In this document: positions 16,501 to 26,100 of the stretch, piece after piece | How positions within the stretch are numbered: the stretch's first letter is position 1 | How the letters are laid out: every line of letters begins with the position of its first letter | NCBI GenBank assembly: GCA_000025185.1 | Contig: CP001848.1 | Coordinates: 2,940,001-2,972,000, forward strand | Reading direction: 5' to 3' | DNA: 32,000 nucleotides | Origin: Pirellula staleyi DSM 6068 | GTDB taxonomy: Bacteria; Planctomycetota; Planctomycetia; Pirellulales; Pirellulaceae | The notes under the pieces: generated by a model | The model's input: only the letters and a program-made list of their open reading frames with translations | What the model was told of the DNA's origin: nothing | The model's database searches: none | Program-made: the position numbers and the translations under genes

Positions 16501-16745
16501 TTTCGACGAAACAGCGGAGGCAGTTACCGGATCTCGAGTTCACCACGGACTATCGAATTTTGGACATCAGTGGAAACGAAGTCGGGACCTGGGCCGCTGA
16601 AGAGCAGAGGCTGTTGTGCACGTTCCGCGACACAGGGGATGGGACTGCTGAACTGCAGTTTGTGCCACGTAGCAAAAGCTGGATCGGTCGCCACAGCCGA
16701 TCTTCTGATCGCACGGTTTGGGGGTGGGAGCTCCTGCCCGATTAG
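13581..16745 (+). CDS. Single-pass membrane protein: HPD-less J-like N-terminal domain, Q/P linker, TM helix, two NPCBM-like beta-sandwich domains, helical C-terminal region
   Basis: 1054-aa ORF from a GTG at 13581. A more likely start is the GTG at 13611 or 13614, which has GGGAG at 13603-13607 just upstream and would put the DPYYQWLGI motif within the first 10 aa. TM helix VVEIVKVVLGGAAGLALGGMILWFGFG at about 14085-14165. Domain evidence is given in the sub-features. Confidence 0.85.
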   Translation: MVICSACWEFVVATNFDPYYQWLGIAPDEQPANYYRLLGVRLFESEPSVIQNAADSRMIHLRTFQNGPHSRQSQQLLSEIAIASQCLLVPAQKLAYDQQLRLQLNPPQMQPQVQQVLRPIPVQLQLPQQLPPPIPVQPAAAVATNSEPLPSLGFSTARSSHRSAKKNPVVEIVKVVLGGAAGLALGGMILWFGFGADPSGLFAKLMPPKNESPNSSAKSVVPGTTSAGASLPGGANPSGVNAGSPPVAQPVGNGGTSAGNSSPGPAGSAQPGATQSASNQPGSTPPGNPPPSSADLGVDLANLTAAEVNCRDGIPAVMVLGGLGTKNAIFHHPQTNLPSSKTFDIQGKYTRVIGGAGLNLTAAGKFDGEIRMKIYGDDRIRWISQPIKNIHDFQKFEVDITNVKSLRLVVEATKDLDDAHALWFVPKLFQDPAGSNRQLPPSFFKPDSSPGMVAANVPPRNFGLAAPKQGVPVSKIDPLRPVYLSELQYIDFDAYEMRPLRVSIRGKRSPHGIFLHPNTDLGSRIVYQLERKFRMLTGAVSQNDSATDLAFTPLTMRVVGDGQVLWASRPIRSVSDVQAFQVDITGVNQLQLEVVCPGNNGKSHAVWFGVLANPELRIDNPELATLFPEFAPTSSSTPLLADLLQGGPVQKIARPDDAAITAAQKTMEEVLGDLLTQATTPELKTQLADKLFELGSEPGQAPADQFVVLRAAVTSSFTVDQFLRAIVRLESTFEGSFLAEKIAGLHACKTQAVPQTITSLAEYVMKSVAEAEQSDQFDRAFELGEIGQAIGKKLGDRRLSEAFANRAKHTEVLQAAYKVCQPLFETLKTDPTNAEAAMKCGQYLALVREDWQTALPLLAQGTENPALAAVAIQELEFQASENSSEVVTLVKLGDGWWNLSETSPPLSKDGYRKRSAYWYAKAKESGLRGLDLEKVNKRLSEKPSDWLASWRPFSPEALVIKQVAAKYHLFVTNFSTKQRRQLPDLEFTTDYRILDISGNEVGTWAAEEQRLLCTFRDTGDGTAELQFVPRSKSWIGRHSRSSDRTVWGWELLPD
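13626..13883 (+). other. Degenerate J-domain-like module lacking the HPD tripeptide
   Basis: FDPYYQWLGIAPDEQPANYYRLLGVRLFESEPSVIQNAADSRMIHLRTFQNGPHSRQSQQLLSEIAIASQCLLVPAQKLAYDQQLR follows the J-domain helix I-III pattern (Y..LG......i..aY). Where HPD is expected it has HLRTFQNGPH. This N-terminal motif recurs in planctomycete proteomes. Confidence 0.6.
14499..14876 (+). other. NPCBM-like domain copy 1
   Basis: AIFHHPQTNLPSSKTFDIQGKYTRVIGGAGLNLTAAGKFDGEIRMKIYGDDRIRWISQPIKNIHDFQKFEVDITNVKSLRLVVEATKDLDDAHALWFVPKL fits the NPCBM/NEW2 pattern (G..vHa.s.i.y.l.g.y..f...vG.......v.f.v..Dg..l..S..........i.vdvtg...L.L.v....g...dHa.Wa...l). Confidence 0.6.
15024..15434 (+). other. NPCBM-like domain copy 2
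   Basis: GIFLHPNTDLGSRIVYQLERKFRMLTGAVSQNDSATDLAFTPLTMRVVGDGQVLWASRPIRSVSDVQAFQVDITGVNQLQLEVVCPGNNGKSHAVWFGVL is a paralogous copy of 14499-14876 with the same motif order. Confidence 0.6.
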
Positions 16746-17106
16746 CCGATCGTTGCCTCGGTCAGGCGGTCGATTTCAGGTGTCCTGCCGACCAGAAGCG
16801 CCGCACGCTCGCTTTTCTGCCCCTGAGGGCTAATGGGAGCTGAACTGCCGCAAGCTCTGAATGACGCGGTTTTCTTTTACTTAGTGCGGTTTGCCGCACG
16901 CTGCGAGGCTCGCTACGACCGCTGAAATCGGCAGAATCGGACTATTTTGTCTAAAAGTCACGTTCAGCACTTGTAATTGCGTGTAAGACGATCATCATCG
17001 CCACTGTGCATGGAGTGTAGCGCAAAACGGGCGCTCTGCTTCGTCGAAGTACCGTGCACGGATCCTGCATTGCAATTTGATCTATTGAATCTTAACGAGC
17101 TGCAAC

Positions 17107-20100
17107 ATGGCCTCTCCCCACGTTCGTCGTTCCGGCAATCTCTCTGCGCGCACCCAGGAAAAAGCGAGCCCAGCTCGCAAACGGACTCGCCAGCAAACTG
17201 CCCGCAGCCGATTTTTGCAGTTTGAGTCGCTCGAAGATCGTCGCGTGATGGCGACCTATCCGGTAAGTCTTGCTCACTACTGGAGCTTCGACGAGGCCAC
17301 CAGCGGAACAGCGCCGGTGGTCAACAAGATCAGCGCGGCGAACACGGGAACCTTCACCGGCACCGCTGCTCACGGCACCGGATTGATTGGTGCTGGTTCA
17401 GCACGTCTGAATAACGTAGCGGGCGATGGTGTGAACGTTGGTGCGGCCAACTTCAGCTTCACCACCGGCATTTCGGTGGAAGCGGTGATCCAGTCCAACT
17501 GGAATGGTGCCTTCGGCGACTACGACGAGATCTTCCGCAAAGAGGACGGGGGCAATCGCATCCTGCTCTCTTTCCAAAACGATATTAATAATCCAGGAGC
17601 CGTGCCTCCTGTTGCTCCTGGTCCGGTCCTTTCGTTTGGCCTGAATGTCGGCGGTGTTTATACCGAACTCGACATGCCACTCGATGGCGTGGCGGGGCGA
17701 CCAACACTCGGCGAACTCACCGACAGCACGCCCGACCACATCGTGGCCAGCTACGACGCCGCGAGTGGCGTGAAAGCGATTTACGTCAACGGAACGCTGC
17801 GCTACTCGACCGTGCTGGCTGGAAACATCACTAGTGGTGGTGGTGCGCCGGGTACGATTGGCAATCACGGAACAGCCAACGAGCCCTTTACGAACAAGAT
17901 CGACGAAGTGGCGATCTATAGCGCTGCGCTCACAGGGGGTGAAGTCGCCGCGCATTATGCCAACGTTCAGCAGGGGCGTAACTATTTCTACGATGGCTCG
18001 TTCGATGCCAACGAACAGGCTCCAGGCAAAGCTGGCGACGCTGCCGCCGACACTTTCACGGTTCGTTCGTCTGCTGGTGGCTACGAGATTCTGGTGAACG
18101 GTGTTTCGGTGGCTCTGCTCCCTAGCAGCACCAGCAGCATCGTGATCGATGGTTCGTCCGACGACGATAAGCTCGTGCTCGATCTGTCGGCTGGCGATGC
18201 AATTCCTGTCGGTGGCATCATCTTCAACGGAGGCGTGGGAGGAAATGACTCGCTCGAACTCGTCGGTGGAGCTGTCGCGTTTGCCGATGTGAACTATCGA
18301 TTCGATAACGCCAACGATGGGCGGATTTCGATCGGATCGTACGGAGCGGTTGATTACACCGGACTCGACCCGATCATCGACAACCTCTCGGCCACCACGC
18401 GCAACTTTAACTACGTCGGTGCTACCGAAACGATCACCGTCACCGACACCGGTGGCGCTGATGGCATGAGCACTATCGCTTCGACCTTGGGCGAGTCGGT
18501 GACGTTTGTGAATCCCACGCAGTCGCTGTCGATCGATGTGAATAGCAACGGTGGATCGGGCGACGACACGATCACGCTGACTTCGATCGATGCAGCGTTT
18601 CGCGCGGCGATTACCATCACCGCAGGGAGCACCGACACCGCGAACTTCAATTCGGCGCTCGTGCTCGGCGATGTTCTCTCGACCGGCAATCTGAACGTGA
18701 CCGCCGGCATCATCAACATCAATCAGTCGATCAACACCACGGCGGGAATCGCAGGAACGGTGTCGCTCACGGCACTGGATCTTTTGAATACGGCTGGCGC
18801 TGGCGATATCACCACAGCGGGAAGTTTCACCAGCAGCGCGACCACGCAGTCGAATCTCGCTGGCGATGTGACGACCACCGGCGATGCGATCAATATCAAC
18901 GGTGCCGTGGTGCTGACAGGCAACGTCGCTGTCGCCTCGGCAGGTGGCACGATCACCTTCGGTGGGACCGTGAACGACGACGCTGCTGCGAGCGATCGCA
19001 GTCTCTCGCTCGACGCAGGTGCGGGAAATGTGAATCTGAATGGAGCTGTCGGCGGCACACTTCCACTAAGCAGTCTTGCGATCTCCGGTAACGTGATTGC
19101 GGCTGGCAATGTGGCGACCGCCACGCAGCTGTCGGTGACGAATGCCGGCATTTCGTCGATCACCGGAGTGATCTCCGGGGCGGGGCAGCTGGTGAAGCAA
19201 GGAGCGGGGCAACTCACTCTCGGCGGAGCCAATACTTACAGCGGCATCACCACGGTGAACACGGGCACGCTCCGGATCGCCAGCGATGGCAATTTGGGCG
19301 CCGCTCCCGGCGCGTTTGTGTCCAATCAGTTGGTGCTCAATGGTGGCATCCTCAGCACTTCGGCTGGGGTGACACTCGCCGCGAATCGTGGTGTCACGGT
19401 CGGCGCATCGGGCGGCACGCTGCAACTAGGTGGCGCGCTGAATTATGCCGGTCGATTCACTGGCGCAGGCAACACGCTTGCTACTGGAGGCTCGGACCTG
19501 GTCCTTACGAATGGGACCGGAACTCCCTCGGATGTGAACTTCACGCTCAACAGCAGCCGCTTGTTTTTCAACAGCAACAACGCGCTCGGAACGGGTTCGA
19601 TCCTTGTTCAGAGTGGTGCGCGGCTGGTCAATAATACCGGCAGCACCGCAGCCACTGTTGCCAACCCGATTACCGTGGCATCGGGTGGCGGACTTGCAGC
19701 ACGCGTGACCACGAACTACAGCAACGCTGCGCTGCCGACCAGTGGCAGCGTGAGTTTTAACAACGACGATCAGCCGACCGCTCAGCTCACCGTACCGACC
19801 AATCTTCCACTCACTGGCAACTTGAGTATCACGGTCGGTGGTAATAATGCTGCACCCGGCGCTGCTGTTTTGTCGGGTGTGATCTCGGGTAGCTCCAATC
19901 TAACTTTAGCATCGACCACCAACCCTGGTGTCCTCTCGCTGACTGGGGTGAACACCTACAGTGGCACGACCACGATCACGGCCGGTGTGCTTGCCGCCTC
20001 TGCCTCGACTGGCATTGGCGACGGAAGCGCCACGAACACGCTCATCCTGAATGGTGGCACACTGCGAGCTAATGCCACGATCGCCTCGCCTGCCACTCGC

Positions 20101-23100
20101 GGCGTCACGCTCAACGGGACCTCGACTAGCACGATCGACACTAACAACACGTCGATCACCATCGCTGGTGTCATCAGTGGTGGCACTAACGGGGTCAACA
20201 GCCTTTCGGTAGCCTCGACCGGTGGCTCTGCCGGAAATCTTGTTCTCTCGGGCAATAACACGTTCCAAGGGAACTTGGTGGTGAATCGTGGTGGCATCAC
20301 GGTTCAGAATTCCAATGCTTTGGGAGCCTCGGGAGCTGGAAACTTCACACGACTCGTCGGCATCGATGGCAGTAGTGCCGCGCGGCTGCTACTGAACAAC
20401 GGCTCATCGATCAACGTTCCTGAGTCGCTGCAGCTTGCCGCCAACAGTGCTGGACGAGTCACGCTCGAAGCCAACAGTGCTGCTGTCCACACCTGGAGTG
20501 GGCCGATCGATGTCACCAGCACCGGTAACTTGATCAACCTGACTTCGAATGGTACCGGAGCACTCACGATCACGGGAGATATTTCGGGAGCCCTGAGTGG
20601 CGGCGCTGTCCTGCTGCTGCGTGGTGGCTCGACCAATGCTGCCAATCATTTGCAAGGTAGCGTGAACATCACCGGCGGGAACTTGAGCAAGACCGACGGA
20701 AGCTTGTGGGTCGTGGGAGCTGCTGGAGAGACCTACAGCTGGCCCGGCACCAGCGTTTCGGTCGGCCAGTTGCGAATGAACCTGGCCAACATCTTGCCAG
20801 CGACCGGAACCATCAACATTGGTCAGAACGACGCTAGTGCGGCCACGCTGAATCTCAACGGCTTTAGCCAAACCACAGCCGGGATCACGTTCAGCCAAAC
20901 AGGTGGCACGGCCACAGCGAATGCTATGTCGATTACGACAGGGAGCGGGACCCTGACCCTCAATGGCAACATGACCTACAACGCCACAGTAGGGACCTCG
21001 AAGGGAACCGGTCTCATCTCTGGCAATCTCAATCTCGGGGGAGCCTCGCGCACCTTCACCATCAACGACAGTGGCCAAGCGGTCGATGTTCGGCTCTCGG
21101 CGATCATCAGCAACGGCGGTCTTGTGAAGGCAGGTGCCGGAACGCTCGAACTCACTGGGGCCAATACTTACGCTGGCGCCACACAAGTGAATGTCGGGAT
21201 TCTTTCGCTCGGCACCACCGGATCGATTGCTTCGAGCACCGTCACGGTGGCATCGGGCGCTACGCTGATGGGAACCGGCACCACGGGACCACTCACCATC
21301 GATTCCGGCGCGACGCATCGTCCAGGCAATAGCCCCGGCATTACCACGGTGAGTGGCAACTACACCGAAAACGGTACGCTCGAGATCGAACTGCTGAACC
21401 ACACTGGCAGTGCTGGAGTGGGCTACGATCAGGTGGATGTCACCAGTGGTGGCACTGTTACGCTCGGCGCGGGGGCGATTCTCACAACACCATTCCTCGG
21501 ATCTGCTGGGACCTTTCTGCCGACTTACGGCCAAGTCTTCACCATCATCAATAACGATGGAGTCGATCCGGTAACTGGTACGTTCGTAGGACTCGCCAAT
21601 GGGGCTCCGATCGTCGTCGACGGACAGACGCTCGAGATCTACTACGCTGGTGGCGACGGCAACGATGTGGTTCTGGTCTCGACGAGTGGCACTCCCGGCT
21701 TGCTCTACGTCAACGACGAATTCACCACCTTGGGTGTCGTGGATGGCGATGCCGAGACCGCTGGTACACAAACCGCTTATGTCGGCATTAACGCGTTTGC
21801 TTCGATCGACGATGCACTCGCCGCCTATCCTGGCTACGCAGGGCCGATTGTTGTCAACGGTGGCGTGTATGCCTCGGCGACACTCGCAGGGGGCGGAGCG
21901 GTGACGCTGCGTCTGGTGCAAGACATCGCCAACGGCGAACTGGATGTCACGCTGCAGTCGATCACTGGCGACGCGAACGATTCGATCGTCACGCGATTCA
22001 ATAACGTAGCCAGCGGCGCACTTGTTTTGGAAACTGGCTCGTTCCCCGGCATCGTCAGTGGCGCAGGGGGGATCGTCAAACAAGGAGTTGGTACGGCGTC
22101 GCTTTCGGGCGCGAATACCTACAGCGGCACCACCACCGTGGCGGCTGGTGTGCTGAATATTGTTGCAAGCGCGACCGTCAATCCGCTCAGCAACTCGGCT
22201 GTCATCCTCAGCGGCGGACAACTCGACGTCGACACCCTCAGCACCGTTTACACCGATGCGCTCGGCCACTTTGGCTACCACATCAACAACGATGGTCTGG
22301 CGCTCGATCTCACGAACAACCTGGGTGTACTTAACGGAAACGATCCCTCGTCGTTCAGTAACTTCGAAGGGCTGGGACTTCTCACCAATGGCCCAGGTAA
22401 CCGTGGTCTCGATTTCGACAGTGATGCCGACTTTACGAGTGTCGTTGCATCGATTCGCGACGATGCGACCCCCGAAGGTTTTGTGATCAGCCAGCCCGAT
22501 AACTACACGAATCTGTGGTTCGGCACGTTCACCCCCAATGTCACGGGCACTTGGGGATTCCGCAACAATGGCGATGACGATATCGGCGCGATTTGGCTCG
22601 ACGTCGATCAGGATGGCCTTTTTGAATCGAATCCACCTGGACGCGCCGACAATCGTGGCGAACAAATTTCGTACGAGAACACCACGCTGCGGACCCGGAA
22701 TCTGGTGGCGGGTCAGAAGTATCTGATTGCTGTGCTACATCGCGAAGGGACCGGCGGATCGGGAATTGATATTCGTATCGATCCACCACCAGCTGGCAGC
22801 GAAATCAAACTCAAGCCTACCGATTTAGCACAATTGGGACTCTTCAGCTTCACCGATCAATCCAACATCACGCTCGGCAATAACGTGACGGTGAGCGCCA
22901 ACTCGTCGATCAGCGCCAGCAGCGCCATCACGTTTGGCTCGCTGACGATGGCCTCGACCGCCACAGAACTCGACATCATCTCGGATCATGCAGCGGGAAC
23001 TTTGCCCGGTAAGGTGAACTTCAGCGGAGTCACTACGCTCGATGGGGTGAAGACGTTTGATCAGCAAAACTCTGCATCGCTGAGCTTCAATGGTGTCGTT

Positions 23101-26100
23101 CAAAACGGCACAGTGGCTGGCGGAATCACCAAGACCGGCAGCGGCAATCTGCTGCTCAACGCCGCCAATACATTCACGGGGGATGTGACAGTTTCCGGCG
23201 GCATCGTTGCGCTGGGAAACAACGCTGGCCTCGGAAGTGAAGTGACCGGCAAGACCGTGGTGAATGGTGGTACGCTCGACATTCGCGGTTTCCGCGCGGG
23301 AGCCAACGGCGATGAACTGGTCGAGATTCAAGGGACCGGTCTGAATGGCTTTGGGGCGATCCTCAACACGGGCGCATCACAAACCGGCGCATTCCGACGT
23401 CTTACACTCACCGGCAATGCCACGATTCGTACCGATAACCGGATCGATGTTCGCAACACCAGCGGCGCTTCGACGCTGAACATGAACGGCTTCACCCTCA
23501 CGAAGACCGGAGCCGCTGAACTCGCCATCGTTAACACCACGATCGCGAATCCTGGAAGTGTGAACGTTAACGAAACGATTTTCCGCCTCGAAGGAAGCAC
23601 GATTTACGGCGGCGCTGGAATTGTCTCGGTGGCCAACGGCGCGACGCTTGATCTCTGGGCGAACACGCAAACTCACTCGGTGAACGTCACGCTCGCAGGT
23701 GGTGCCAACCTCACCGCCAACGGCAGCGGCAACGCAACACTCTCGGGCACGGTGCTGCTCAATGGTGTCGCCAACATCAACACCAATAACAACAGCGGCC
23801 TTAGCAACCTGAACATCAGCGGCGCTGTGACCGGCAGTGGTGGCATCAATAAAGGTGGCACAGAGCGGCTGACTCTCAGCAGCAACGCGAGCACCTATGG
23901 CGGCATCACGACGATCAACGCCGGTACGCTGGTGGCTGCCGCTAATAATGCGCTCGGGGCAACTGCTACGGGAACCAGCGTGATTGCCGGAGCCACTTTG
24001 CGCTACGAAGGGGCGACCACTCCTGCTCCTGAACCGCTTGCAATCATTGGCAACGGCGTTGGCAACGTCGGCGCACTGCAGTCGGCCACCAATGACGTCA
24101 CCGTCACGGGACTGGTGCGTCTGCTGGGGAATACCTTCATTGCCAGCAACACGGCGGGGCGCACGCTGACGCTGGATGGCCCGCTCCTCAAAGAACAGCC
24201 TTCCGACCTGACTTTGATGGGAGCTGGCAATTTCGATATCAATGCTGATATGGACAACGGCGACTTCTCGATTGCTCCATTCACTGCCCGTGTTTTCAAC
24301 GGTGTGCAGCAGACCATCAACGACGCGACGGTGATCAACAACGATCTCAACGGCACCACAGTGGCCACGCGAACGAACACCCTCAACGGACCACTGACGT
24401 TTGCCAATGCTGCTGCCTTCAACACCCTCTTCACCCCCTCGGTTCCACTCGGGGACAACTTCACCACCGTTTTTGTCACGACTCTGACCGTCACAACCCC
24501 CGGTATCTATACCTTCTCGGTCACCAACAACGACGACGGTGCAGCGGTGTGGCTCAAGCCATCCGCTAATCCTTCTTTTGTTGCAGGCGATCTTCTGCAA
24601 GGTATCGTCGCTAATTCCAACACTGGCGTTGTGACACGCAATTTGGCCGTGGGAACCTATACGCTCGTCTATGCCCATCGCGAAGGTAGTGGCGGCGAAT
24701 CCGTGACTGGCCGAATTGCTGGTCCATTGAATACTGGGATTACTAACGGAACCCTCCTCCCCATCGTGGCACCTGTGCCGGGTTCCGACCAACTCATTAA
24801 GACCGGTACCGGTACAGCGACCCTCTCGGGCAACAACACCTACGCTGGTGTGACGCTGGTACAGCAAGGTGTCTTGGTGGCCGATGCCAACAACGCTCTC
24901 GGCGCTACAGCTCCTGTCGCCGCCAACGTGAATGTCGGTGTTCTGAATCAGGAGTGGCAACTCGGTACCGATAACAACGCAAACAGCGAATTCTCGCAGG
25001 AAAACGGCAGTTCCAACGCTGCTCCCGGAAGTGCCACAGCGCGCGATGACGACTGGTACTTCGCAGGGACTTATCCAGGTCCGATCGGCGTTGTGGCTGC
25101 CAACGAAGCAATTGGCGGCGCACCAGCCACTGGATTTGAGCGTGCTCTCACGGTGGGTGATCCCACCAATCGAATCCACTTTAACCTTGCCGCCGATCAA
25201 GTCGACGACAACTACAACTTGGTGATCGACACGGTCAGCAGCAGCTTCACTGCCGGCAGCATCACGCTCGAAGTACGGGTGAATGGAAATGTGGTCCACA
25301 CCCAAACACTCTCCGCTGATACGACGATCACCACGGCAACCTTTAGCGGCACCGCTGTGGGGCTCACGACCGGTGATAATGTGGTCACCCTCACGCGCAC
25401 AGGTCTGGGGGCCTTCCTGCAGTTTGATTACATTCGCTTGAACCGCCAGATGGTTATTGCGGCTGAAGATACGCAAGTCGAAGCGGGTGCCAAACTGGTG
25501 CTTAGCAATGTCGCTTATGCAGCGACCGAAAACGTTCGACTTCTTGGTTCAACCCTGGAAGGAACTGGCACTTCTTCGTTTGGCGGCACGGTCGAACTGC
25601 TTGCTGATAGCACGATCAACGTTCTGGCTGCGGGAGTCCTGACCCTGCAAGGTGTGATCGACGACAACGCTGGTGGTTTCGGAGTCACAAAGACTGGCCC
25701 CGGTACACTCGAACTGACTGCTGGAAACACCTACAGCGGGGCGACAAATGTCACGGTGGGTGAGTTGCTGGTGAATAACACGCTGGGATCGGGGACGGGC
25801 AGTGGGCTGGTGGTAGTGAGTGGGACGGCGATTTTGAGGGGAACGGGAAGCATCGCAGGGACGGTCTCGATGACCGATTCGTCGCGGCTCGAGCCTGGCG
25901 CAAGTCCCGAGACACTAGCGACCGGCAGTTTGTCGTTTACCGCAGGAACCACTTTCAACCCTGAGATCGGCGGCACCGCTCCGGGCAATGGAGTGACCGG
26001 CTACGATCAGGTGAATGTCACCGGCACTGTTTCGCTTGGCGGAGCGACGCTCGATGTCGATCTGTTCGGCGGATTCACTCCCGATCCACTCCTGCTCCAA

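Larger units (their letters stand above)
19177..25773 (+). repeat. Region containing at least 9 dispersed PATR (autotransporter-associated beta-strand) repeats
   Basis: Copies of G.G.L.K.G.G.L.L.G.NTY.G.T.V..G.L occur at about 19177 (GAGQLVKQGAGQLTLGGANTYSGITTVNTGTL), 19900, 20170, 21100 (GGLVKAGAGTLELTGANTYAGATQVNVGIL) and 22050. Further copies lie at about 23110, 23820, 24780 and 25669 (GFGVTKTGPGTLELTAGNTYSGATNVTVGEL). The DNA copies are strongly diverged. Confidence 0.85.

Noticed and set aside
16746-17106. Upstream region of the giant gene: hairpin gtgcggtttgccgcac (about 16884-16899), palindrome attgcaat (17069-17076), ORF 16977-17225
   Set aside because: The hairpin lacks a U-tract on either strand. 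The palindrome is short enough to occur by chance. The 82-aa ORF overlaps the giant gene start out of frame and has no motifs. I cannot define a promoter confidently.
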